DNA of 64,000 nt from Verrucomicrobiales bacterium (lineage in GTDB: Bacteria; Verrucomicrobiota; Verrucomicrobiia; Limisphaerales; JAYPXF01), in the NCBI GenBank assembly GCA_038154405.1, contig JAYPXF010000001.1:22772-86771 (forward strand), in the 5' to 3' direction. This document shows positions 36,777 to 45,086 of the stretch, piece after piece. Each line of letters starts with the position of its first letter. Position 1 is the stretch's first letter. The notes beneath the pieces are model-generated. The model searched no databases. It saw only the letters and a list, made by a program, of their open reading frames with translations, and was not told the DNA's origin. The position numbers were made by a program, and so were the translations under genes.

Positions 36777-38293
36777 ATGGCGTTCGCCGTTGGCTCCGTT
36801 CAATCCCAACAATTCCCCCAAGTCTATGACCGCACGGGAATCGCCGCTCCCGTGGAACTGAAGCGGGACGGATTTGACACTCTTGGTCGCAAATGGCGTC
36901 CGGGTGAAGCTCCCCCTCCTGCAGCCACGCCGGCACCGGCACCGGCCGCTCCCGTTCAGACCTGGGGCAACCTTGTGGACATCTCCAAGACCTCTCCGAA
37001 CATGGTCGCACTGAATGAGGAGTACGACACCACGCTGAACGTCACCGCCAACCGCGATGCTGCGGATGTGGAAGTGCACGACGTGATCCCCGAAGGCGCC
37101 GAATTGGTCAGCTCCGATCCCAAGGCCACGGTGAACGGCCGCAACCTGAGCTGGAAGTTCAACTCCATGGATGCCGGTCAGGTGAACAAGATCAAGGTTC
37201 GCTACAAGGCCGTGAAGGTGGGCTCGCTGAAGAGCTGCGCCAAGGTCCTCGCCTTGCCGCGCGTCTGCACGGTCGTCGTGGTCGGCCAGCCCAAGCTGAA
37301 GATCACCAAGACCGGTCCGGCCACCGCCATCCTCAATGAGGATGTGTCTTACACCGTGACGGTCAGCAACACCGGCAACATGGTCGCCCGCAACGTGGTC
37401 GTGACCGACGTAATTCCCGGCGGACTCTCCCACTCCAGCGGTCAGAAGAAGGTGAACTGGCCGGTCGGTGATCTCGCCGCCCAGACTTCCCGATCGTTCT
37501 CACCGCTTCGCAGAAGGGCAAGCACTGCAACAAGGCCGTTGCCACCTCCTCCAATGCCGGCCAGGTCGAAGCCGAAGCCTGCACCACGGTGCTGACCCGC
37601 GGTATCGACATCGTGAAATCCGGTCCGGCCAAACAGTTCCTCGGCAAGACCGCCAAGTATGACATCAAGGTCTTCAACACCGGCGACACCGCCCTCACCA
37701 GCCTGACCATCACGGACAACGCACCGACCAACACGGTCATCGTTTCTGCTCCCGGCGCACAGGTCGTCGGCAACCAGGCCACCTGGACGCTCGGCTCCCT
37801 CGCGGCCGGCAAGGATCAGAATTACAACATCACGCTCAAGGCCCTGCAGGCCGGCACCTGGGTGAACAACGTCGGTGTGAACACCGCTGAAGGCCTGAAG
37901 GACGCCGCCAGCGCCAAGACCCTCTGGCTCGGCTTCGCCGCCGTGCTCGTGGAAATGGTCGATGACCCCGATCCGTTGCTGGTCGGTGGCGAAACCACCT
38001 ACACCCTCAAGGTCACCAATCAGGGAACCGCGGCTGACCAGGACATCAAGGTCGTCGTGAACTTCCCCGAACAGATCACGCCGACCTCCGCCGGCGGCCA
38101 GACTGCCGGCAGCATCGCCGGTGGCAAGGTCACCTTCGCTCCGTTGGCCACGCTGCCTGCCAAGGCGGTTGCCACCTGGACCATCAAGGCCAAGGCGGCC
38201 AAACCGGGTGACGGTCGCGTGAAGGCCGAAATCACGACCCGCCTGCTGAAGGACAACCCGGTCACTGAAATCGAAGCGACCCAGGTTTACTAA
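36777..38293 (+). pseudogene. DUF11 (conserved repeat domain) surface protein split by a frameshift near 37485-37500; N-terminus uncertain
   Basis: ORF 36777..37595 and ORF 37589..38293 both carry DUF11-like repeats (LKITKTGPATAILNEDVSYTVTVSNTGNMVARNVVVTDVIPGGL; IDIVKSGPAKQFLGKTAKYDIKVFNTGDTALTSLTITDNAP; YTLKVTNQGTAADQDIKVVVNFPEQI). The second frame is already open from 37472 (..PIVLTASQKGKHCNKAVATSSNAGQVEAEACTTVL). One missing nucleotide in ACTTCCCGATCG would join them. A signal-peptide-like KKLTLAVA lies in a third frame just upstream of 36777. Confidence 0.65.
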
Positions 38294-38320
38294 TAAACTC
38301 TCATAGTTGATTCCTGCGCA

Positions 38321-38351
38321 GCCCCGTCCGGTAATCCGGGCGGGGCTTTTT
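38321..38351 (+). terminator. rho-independent terminator after DUF11 gene
   Basis: GCCCCGTCCGG-taat-CCGGGCGGGGC followed by TTTTT (38347-38351). Confidence 0.8.
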
Positions 38352-38491
38352 CGTGGTGCGGTTGCATGGTCGAACGGTTGACGGCTTACAAAGGTTTGAG
38401 GGGTGGCCCTGATCGCCGCCGCGCACTGATCAATCATTCAACCTTTTAACCCTTCAACCCGCTTGCCACCGGTGATACGGTCCGCGCCCCT

Positions 38492-40084
38492 GTGGATCTG
38501 AAAGACCAAATCCAGAAACGGCGGACCTTTGCGATCATCTCGCACCCGGACGCCGGCAAGACGACCCTGACGGAGAAGCTCTTGCTCTACGGCGGCGCAG
38601 TGCAACTAGCCGGTTCCGTCACCGCTCGCAAGAACCAGCGCGCCACCACTTCCGACTGGATGGAACTGGAGCGCAAGCGTGGCATTTCGGTGAGCTCCAC
38701 CGTGCTGCAGTTCGACTACAACGGCGTGCGCATCAACCTGCTCGACACCCCGGGCCACAAGGACTTTTCCGAAGACACCTACCGAGTGCTGACCGCCGTC
38801 GACGCCGTGGTGATGGTCATCGATTCCGCCAAGGGCATTGAGCCGCAGACGCGCAAACTGTTTGAGGTATGCCGGCAACGGGGCGTGCCGATCTTCACCT
38901 TCATGAACAAGTGCGACCGTCCGATGAAGGATCCGCTGGAACTCTTGGACGACCTGGAGAATGTCCTCGGCATCGGCGCCTTTCCGGTGAACTGGCCGGT
39001 CGGGACCGGCTTCGAGTTCCAAGGCATCTATGACCGCCAGTCCAGGCAGATCTCCCTATTCGAGAAAACCCAGGGCGGGCAATACCGCGCTCCCGAAGCC
39101 ATTGGCAGTCTCGCCGATCCGATCATTCGCGACCGTCTGGATGATGACACCTATGCCCAGGTTTCCGAGGAACTGGAGATGCTTGAAATGGCCGGTGAAC
39201 AGTTCGATCACGACTCCGTTTTGGCCGGCACTTCGACCCCGGTCTACTTTGGCAGCGGCATCAACAACTTCGGCGTGCAGCATCTGCTCGACGGTTTTCT
39301 TAGCTACTCCCCCGCTCCGTCCGGTCGCGGATCCAATGGCGAGATGGTGGCGCCGGAACATCCCAAGTTCTCCGGCTTCATTTTCAAGATCCAGGCGAAC
39401 ATGGATCCCAAGCACCGCGACCGCATCGCCTTCATTCGGGTATGCTCCGGAAAGTTCGAGCGGGACATGCAGGTGATGCATCCGCGCAGCAGCAGGAAGG
39501 TGCGCCTGTCGAGTTCGCACAAGCTTTTCGGCAGCGATCGTGAGACGGTGGATGAAGCCTATCCAGGCGACATCATCGGGCTCGTTGGACTCTCAGATTT
39601 TGGCATTGGTGATACGCTGACCACCGATGCCAAGATCGAGTACAACGAGATTCCGCGCTTTGCTCCCGAGGCCTTCTCCTATCTGCACAATACCGATACC
39701 GGAAAGTTCAAGCAGTTCCGCAAGGGCCTCGATCAGCTGCTGCAGGAAGGCGTCATCCAGGCAATGGAACTCCGGGACTCCGTCGCCAAGGTTCCGCTGC
39801 TCGCCGCGGTCGGCCCGCTGCAGTTCGACGTGGTGCAGTACCGCCTGGAAAGCGAATACGGCGCCGAGTCCCGATTGGAATCCGCGCCCTTTGAAGTCGT
39901 TCGTTGGCTGCCCGATTCCGTGAAGGAAGAAGACCTGCCCTCCATTTCTCTTCCCACCGGCGCCCGTCACGCGATCGACATGGATGGTCACTTTGTGATC
40001 CTGTTCACCAGCTCGTGGTCCGCCGACTACTTCAACGAACTGAACTCCGGCATTGAACTCACCCCGCTCCCACCGCGCGAATAG
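38492..40084 (+). CDS. prfC: peptide chain release factor 3
   Basis: GTG start. RRTFAIISHPDAGKTTLTEKLLLYGGAVQLAGSV, DTPGHKDF and the NKCD GTPase motifs. 530 aa. Confidence 0.92.
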   Translation: MDLKDQIQKRRTFAIISHPDAGKTTLTEKLLLYGGAVQLAGSVTARKNQRATTSDWMELERKRGISVSSTVLQFDYNGVRINLLDTPGHKDFSEDTYRVLTAVDAVVMVIDSAKGIEPQTRKLFEVCRQRGVPIFTFMNKCDRPMKDPLELLDDLENVLGIGAFPVNWPVGTGFEFQGIYDRQSRQISLFEKTQGGQYRAPEAIGSLADPIIRDRLDDDTYAQVSEELEMLEMAGEQFDHDSVLAGTSTPVYFGSGINNFGVQHLLDGFLSYSPAPSGRGSNGEMVAPEHPKFSGFIFKIQANMDPKHRDRIAFIRVCSGKFERDMQVMHPRSSRKVRLSSSHKLFGSDRETVDEAYPGDIIGLVGLSDFGIGDTLTTDAKIEYNEIPRFAPEAFSYLHNTDTGKFKQFRKGLDQLLQEGVIQAMELRDSVAKVPLLAAVGPLQFDVVQYRLESEYGAESRLESAPFEVVRWLPDSVKEEDLPSISLPTGARHAIDMDGHFVILFTSSWSADYFNELNSGIELTPLPPRE

Positions 40085-40089
40085 CCGGT

Positions 40090-40115
40090 GGAGGGCATCG
40101 CTCCGTCGATGCTGC
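40090..40115. repeat. post-stop hairpin repeat (second copy of 27647-27672)
   Basis: GGAGGGCATCGCTCCGTCGATGCTGC begins 6 nt after the prfC stop and is 23/26 identical to the copy that begins 7 nt after the kinase stop. The stem A-T pair is replaced by C-G (compensatory). Confidence 0.45.
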
Positions 40116-40179
40116 TTTGGGATGGCGGTTCTGCCTTGAGGCAACGAGGGAACCGACGAAGCGCTTCCCTCCATTCGCT

Positions 40180-40563
40180 TCAGGAGCCCAAGCCCCCGAT
40201 TGGCCGGATCAGCGGGCGGAACAACGCACGGAACATATGATATGCGCCGGGCAGTTGAAGACATGGCAACACACCACCGAGGGTCGCCAAGAGTGCGTAG
40301 CATATCCGGGTGAAACACGCTCCCATCAGGCCTGCCAGACTGAGCGCGAGGAAAAGACAGGTGATATGGAAACCCCAGCGGAGCACCAATTCACTCGACG
40401 TCGTCAACCAATGGGAGCTGAGAATTCCTCCATATATTTCCCAGAACATATCGGGAGCGACGAATGTGATCGGGATCCCCCACGCATTTGCAAAAGTGAG
40501 CCAGGCAAAGATCGAAACCAAATGGTAGCGGTCCGGCGCCAGTTCTTCGGGAAACACTTTCAT
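40180..40563 (-). CDS. hypothetical polytopic membrane protein (may be the C-terminal half of one frameshifted gene with 40593-40955)
   Basis: Internal ATG 40563 of ORF 40180..40791: MKVFPEELAPDRYHLVSIFAWLTFANAWGIPITFV... hydrophobic helices. No family recognised. Confidence 0.45.
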   Translation of the reverse strand: MKVFPEELAPDRYHLVSIFAWLTFANAWGIPITFVAPDMFWEIYGGILSSHWLTTSSELVLRWGFHITCLFLALSLAGLMGACFTRICYALLATLGGVLPCLQLPGAYHMFRALFRPLIRPIGGLGS

Positions 40564-40592
40564 TGTGGGATGTGCGATTGGGACGACCGCCG

Positions 40593-40955
40593 TCACACGC
40601 CGATGCGATGCGTCATGACCAGCATCGGCAGGCACATGGCCAGAAACAGCAACGTGAGCAGAATCAACTCCACGACCACCATTACGTTGAAACCGACGGT
40701 CAGCAGAGAAAAAGAAGGAAGGGATCCGGTCGATTTTAGGAACCCTTCCATGCTCAGAATCGTTGCGAGACACATGCACGACACTCCCCACTTGAGCGCA
40801 AACATCGTGGCGGCCGGCAGGTCTTCGAGGCTGAGAATCTCAGCCAAGTATTCGGTGATCACTTGAGTGATAAGGAATACGATCAGCACCAGCCAGACGT
40901 TGACGATGCTCAGGGACAGGAGACACCAAGACACGGGCTGACGATTCACAAACAT
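40593..40955 (-). CDS. hypothetical membrane protein (120 aa)
   Basis: MFVNRQPVSWCLLSLSIVNVWLVLIVFLITQVITEYL... with 3-4 predicted helices. The stop lies 30 nt upstream of the next membrane ORF in a different frame. Confidence 0.5.
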   Translation of the reverse strand: MFVNRQPVSWCLLSLSIVNVWLVLIVFLITQVITEYLAEILSLEDLPAATMFALKWGVSCMCLATILSMEGFLKSTGSLPSFSLLTVGFNVMVVVELILLTLLFLAMCLPMLVMTHRIGV

Positions 40956-41022
40956 TCCGGATTGTCCCTCCCGTCAGCCGGGGACGCCATCCACGGCTCT
41001 GCCTAAGGTCGATCTCCCACGA

Positions 41023-41688
41023 TCACGCCCCGTGCACCATCAGCACGACGAGCTTGAAGCCGATGACCAGGGCCGTTCCCAGCAGACCCGCTCCGGCTAC
41101 GCGGGCGATCCACAGCATGCCCTTGTCGGATATGTGTTTGTGGCTGATCGACACGAGGTAACTCAGAAAGGCAAACCACAACATTCCTCCGGTGGCCATG
41201 CCGGCCACGCACATGCCCTTGGCCGGCAGGTTGTTGCCCACCCAGTTCTGGGCGGTGAAGGTGGTCGCCAGGGCAATCCACATCAAGAGCACGCCGGGAT
41301 TGCCGAGCACCTGGATGAAGCCGCTCCAGAACGCCGTGTGCGGATGAAACTTCTCGTCGAGTTTGCGGCCGCCGCGGGTCTCCGTCTTGAGTTCGGAAGC
41401 CAGCAGGTATTTCAATCCCAGATAGCCCAGCAGACAAAAGCTGATCAGCTGGAATGCCGCTTTGGCGTATTTGTTCGTCAAGATGTCCGTGAAGCCCGCA
41501 AAACTGATCGCGCAATACGTTGCCTCCATCAACACCGCACCCGCGCCCGTGAACAGGCTCCAACGAAACCCCTTGATCGGGCCTTCATGAATGATGGCGG
41601 CATTGATCGGGCCAACCGGAATGGACACGAGAATTCCGCTGATCACCCCGGTGAGATACGCCGCCAGCAATGGGAAGTTATCGATCAT
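41023..41688 (-). CDS. LysE/RhtB family amino-acid exporter
   Basis: 221 aa, 6 TM. The N-terminus LLAAYLTGVISGILVSIPVGPINAAII is typical of the LysE superfamily. Confidence 0.8.
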   Translation of the reverse strand: MIDNFPLLAAYLTGVISGILVSIPVGPINAAIIHEGPIKGFRWSLFTGAGAVLMEATYCAISFAGFTDILTNKYAKAAFQLISFCLLGYLGLKYLLASELKTETRGGRKLDEKFHPHTAFWSGFIQVLGNPGVLLMWIALATTFTAQNWVGNNLPAKGMCVAGMATGGMLWFAFLSYLVSISHKHISDKGMLWIARVAGAGLLGTALVIGFKLVVLMVHGA

Positions 41689-41703
41689 CCAAATGGACGG
41701 CGG

Positions 41704-42540
41704 TCAGGCTTCTTCCTCCAGTTCCTCGATGTCGCGGCGCATCTGCGGCGAAATCCAGGGCCTCACAAATCCGTAGATCAGATAGATGATGAAGATGATC
41801 GGCAGGACCACCGGCAGGATCTTTTCCCAGAGCACGATGAAGAAGCCAAGGGTGACCAAAACGAGCACCATCTTGTGAAAGGTGCGTTTCATCTTCCAAC
41901 CCACCGTCTTGAACGAGGGATACTTCACCTCGCTCACCATCATGAAGGAAAGAAACAGCAGGATGGCCGGCAGCAGAAAACGCCAGTTGCCCCGCGCAAA
42001 ATCCTTCTCGTCCCACCACATGAGGAACAGCGTCAACGATGCGACCAAGGCCGCGGCCGCCGGTATGGGAAAGCCCACGAAGGCATTGGATTTGTCCTTC
42101 TCGTTCGGCATCTCCGCCAGGCAGTTGAACCGCGCCAGCCGCAGCGCGCCACAGATGAGGTATACCGAGGCGATGAACCAGCCCACCTGGGGCACATTTG
42201 CAAACACGTCCCGCAACACGATCCGGTGAACGAGAAAGGCTGGCGCGACGCCGAAGGACACGATGTCCGCCAACGAATCAAACTCACGGCCGAATGGGCT
42301 TTCATATCCACCCAGGCGCGCCACGCGTCCATCCAACAGGTCAAAGATGCAGGCCAGCAGAATCAGGAACAACGCCTCCTTGATCGCCGGATAGGGCGGC
42401 TCCAGCTGGGCCTCGACGATGCGGGTGATCGCGAGAAAGCCGCAGAACAGATTCCCGCCTGTAAACAGGTTGGGCAGGAAATAGATCTTGAGCTTGCCGT
42501 CGTCCTCGGCAGCGGCGGATTTGTCACCGTTTTCAGCCAT
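41704..42540 (-). CDS. pssA: CDP-diacylglycerol--serine O-phosphatidyltransferase
   Basis: CDP-alcohol phosphatidyltransferase motif DLLDGRVARLGGYESPFGREFDSLADIVSFGVAP. N-terminus NLFTGGNLFCGFLAI. Confidence 0.88.
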   Translation of the reverse strand: MAENGDKSAAAEDDGKLKIYFLPNLFTGGNLFCGFLAITRIVEAQLEPPYPAIKEALFLILLACIFDLLDGRVARLGGYESPFGREFDSLADIVSFGVAPAFLVHRIVLRDVFANVPQVGWFIASVYLICGALRLARFNCLAEMPNEKDKSNAFVGFPIPAAAALVASLTLFLMWWDEKDFARGNWRFLLPAILLFLSFMMVSEVKYPSFKTVGWKMKRTFHKMVLVLVTLGFFIVLWEKILPVVLPIIFIIYLIYGFVRPWISPQMRRDIEELEEEA

Positions 42541-42626
42541 TGGAAAAGCGCGAGACTATAGTCCCGTGATCGAACTTGGGAAGCGGATAATGGTCAGCTG
42601 AAGTCGTAGAGAAAGCGAGGTGGCGC

Positions 42627-43170
42627 TCAGTCCAGTGCCGGGAGTCCGTCGATGCTCTGGCGGTTTCTCTGCTCTTGATATTCGATCACGCCCTTCGCTC
42701 CGGTCTTTTCCGCCCAATTGGTCAGGACCTTGCGTTGCTGCACGAAATCATATTCGGGCACGGAGAAACCGCACGAGGTGCAGACCCGTGAGATGTTCGC
42801 CAGGATGATGCTGCGCACACCGGGCGAGACCGGAAAACGGTCGCAGATCTCCCCCCAACCGGCAGATTCCGGGGTGACGAATTCGGCTTGGCCATGCGGT
42901 CGCAGGATTCGCGGCCCGCCTGCGAACGCGCAGAACATGAACACGATCCGGCCGTTCTCCCGGATGTGTGCGTTAGTCTGCGCACCACTCCCCGTATATT
43001 CGATATAGGCCGACCCGGGTGGGCCCCAACACGCGGAACGAATCTGCCCCTTTTGGCGAACAGTTCACGTTTTGATCCGCCGCCAGTGGAGCCGTGGCCA
43101 CGAAGAACATCTGCTGCTTCGCAATCGACTCCCGCAGTTCCTCCGTTATTTCGTCATGCACCTTTGCCAT
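42627..43170 (-). pseudogene. pyridoxamine 5'-phosphate oxidase-like FMN-binding protein, frameshifted near 43005-43012
   Basis: ORF 42973..43170 (MAKVHDEITEELRESIAKQQMFFVATAPL...VNCSPKGADSFRVLGPTRVG) stops early. The frame of ORF 42627..42944 continues the family sequence from YIEYTGSGAQTNAHIRENGRIVFMFCAFAGGPRILR. One extra nucleotide in GTCGGCCTAT explains the split. Confidence 0.65.
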
Positions 43171-43188
43171 GGTCGCCCTTTCCTTTCT

Positions 43189-43632
43189 TCATCCTTTGTC
43201 ATCGAGATATTTCCACTTTCCTTCGAATCGTCGAAAGCGTGAGCGCTCGTGGTGCTTTTCCTGTTTGCCGTTGTATACGTAGTCCGCCTCGAAGATCACC
43301 TTGCCGATCTTGTCCTTGGCCTGACCTTGATTCGTCGACAGCACCTGGAGGTTGCTCCATTGCAGTTGATCGGCGGTCTCGGCCACTTCGCCATTCAGGT
43401 TGCGTGTGCGGGTGTCCGGATGGGTTGTCTCCACGATGTAGTCCACCCGCTTCAGGCAATAGGCGGTGAAGCGCGAACGCATCAACTGCTCGGCCGTCTC
43501 CGGTGTCTGCCGGCCATCGACGAAACGTCCGCAGCACTCCGCCAACGGAGCGCCCGAGCCGCACGGACATTGGTTGTCATCCTCAAATGCCACGCCACGG
43601 ATTCTAGGATTTACGTCTCCTGCATAAAGCAT
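43189..43632 (-). CDS. YchJ-family (UPF0225) protein with SEC-C metal-binding motif
   Basis: CPCGSGAPLAECCGRF near the N-terminus, and NTF2-like remainder. 147 aa. Confidence 0.8.
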   Translation of the reverse strand: MLYAGDVNPRIRGVAFEDDNQCPCGSGAPLAECCGRFVDGRQTPETAEQLMRSRFTAYCLKRVDYIVETTHPDTRTRNLNGEVAETADQLQWSNLQVLSTNQGQAKDKIGKVIFEADYVYNGKQEKHHERSRFRRFEGKWKYLDDKG

Positions 43633-43735
43633 GGAAACCCGTATCCGGGATTCTTCGGGGAACCAATTCAGGCGACGGATTCAACAATATCGGATAGGCT
43701 GTGTCGCCTCCCGACCGGCAATTTGCAGACAGCTC

Positions 43736-44983
43736 ATGAACCGACCAGACCGGATAGCCTTTTTTTTGCGGCCGCCGTCATCTTTGCGCTCGCTCCTGCG
43801 ACGTTCGCCCAGCGGAACGCCGCCTACGAGGAACCGCCGCTGAATTACAGCGACACCACGACGAGCAATCGTGCCGAACAGGTTGAAAAGCTCTGGCGTG
43901 CAGGGAAGCTGAATGGTTCGGACGATTACGGCAAACCAGCCTTGCGGGCGTTTCTGAAGGCCTTCGACGTGCCGGTCGAATCCCAGGTGCTGGTGTTCAG
44001 CAAGACCAGCCTGCAATACCCGCATATCGATCCCAAGAATCCCCGCGCCATCTAATTCTCCGATGACGCCTACTTCGGCTGGGTCCCGGGTGGCATCTAT
44101 GAGCTTACGCTGAACGATCCCCATCTCGGCCTCGTATTCTACGGGATCGATCCGGAGGAGAAACGCATTCAGCGCGGGCGAGACTGCCTGAACTGCCACG
44201 CCGGGTCCCGCGTCCGCGATTGGCTGGGCGTGTTGGTGCGTTTGGTCTTTCCCGAAGAGGACGGCACACCGATGGGACGCGCCGGGGGATTCGTGATCGG
44301 ACATGAAAGTCCGTTTGAGAACCGCTGGGGCGGCTGGTACGTAACCGGCCAGCACGGCAAGGCCCGGCATCTCGGCAACGGCATCGCCAAATGGGCTCCC
44401 GGCGAAGCGGTGATTGACGGGGATGTCAATGCAAACCTGACGGATCTCTCCAAGAAGTTTGACACTTCCAAACACCTGCGCGGCGACAGCGACATCGTTG
44501 CGCATTCGCAAATGGAAGCACCGGCAGGAGGAGTTTCAAAGAATGATCGGTGAGCCGATGCCAGAGGAACCGACCGGCACCTTGCTGACCGTGCTGAAGG
44601 GTGAGCGCGATCGCATTGTCGATTACCTGTTGTTCCGCGATGAAATCGAACTTCCCGAAGGCGGCATCACGGGCACGGAGGATTTCGAGAAGGCGTTTCA
44701 TGGCAACCGCAAGCCGGATTCAAAGAACCGTAGCCTGAAGGACTTCGATCTGAACACCCGCCTGTTCAAGTACCGCTGCAGCTACATGAGCTACAGCCAG
44801 GCATTTGAAATCCTGCCCGATATGCTCAAACGCGCCGTGTATGGGAAGCTGTTCGAGGTGTTGGAAGCGGATGAACCGCCGGCAAAGTTCGCCCATCTTC
44901 CCGCGGCCGAACGCGAAGCCATCCGCGACATCCTCCTCGCCACCAAACCCGACATCACCCGCCTGCTCGGCCGGGATGGGTAA
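43736..44983 (+). pseudogene. secreted CxxCH heme-motif protein carrying three lesions (T8 frameshift, in-frame TAA, second frameshift)
   Basis: ATG 43736 gives MNRPDRIAFF, then a T8 run (43760-43767). The hydrophobic signal sequence continues only in the +1-shifted frame (AAAVIFALAPATFAQ). TAA at 44053-55 interrupts ..KNPRAI*FSDDAYFGW.. while the same frame stays open through CLNCHAG. A further shift near 44510-44530 is needed to reach ORF 44459..44983. Confidence 0.55.
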
Positions 44984-44989
44984 TCCCAC

Positions 44990-45056
44990 GTAGCGGAAGT
45001 CGTGAGACTTTCGAGGTGGTGTTCCACAAGAACGAAACTCTCACGAGTTCCGCTAT
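44990..45056. repeat. long hairpin between convergent genes (probable bidirectional terminator), GTAGCGGA-type
   Basis: GTAGCGGAAGTCGTGAGA (44990-45007) pairs with TCTCACGAGTTCCGCTA (45039-45055), giving 8+8 bp around one central mismatch. An inner CTTTCG/CGAAAC extension is present. Confidence 0.55.
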
Positions 45057-45086
45057 AAAGCCGGTCGCCTCCGTCATTCTCGGGAA

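Noticed and set aside
41032-42561. 509-aa ORF on the + strand spanning the LysE and pssA loci
   Set aside because: Antisense shadow ORF typical of GC-rich DNA. Its translation is low-complexity (R/G/H/Q-rich), whereas the minus-strand ORFs carry clear LysE and CDP-alcohol phosphatidyltransferase motifs.
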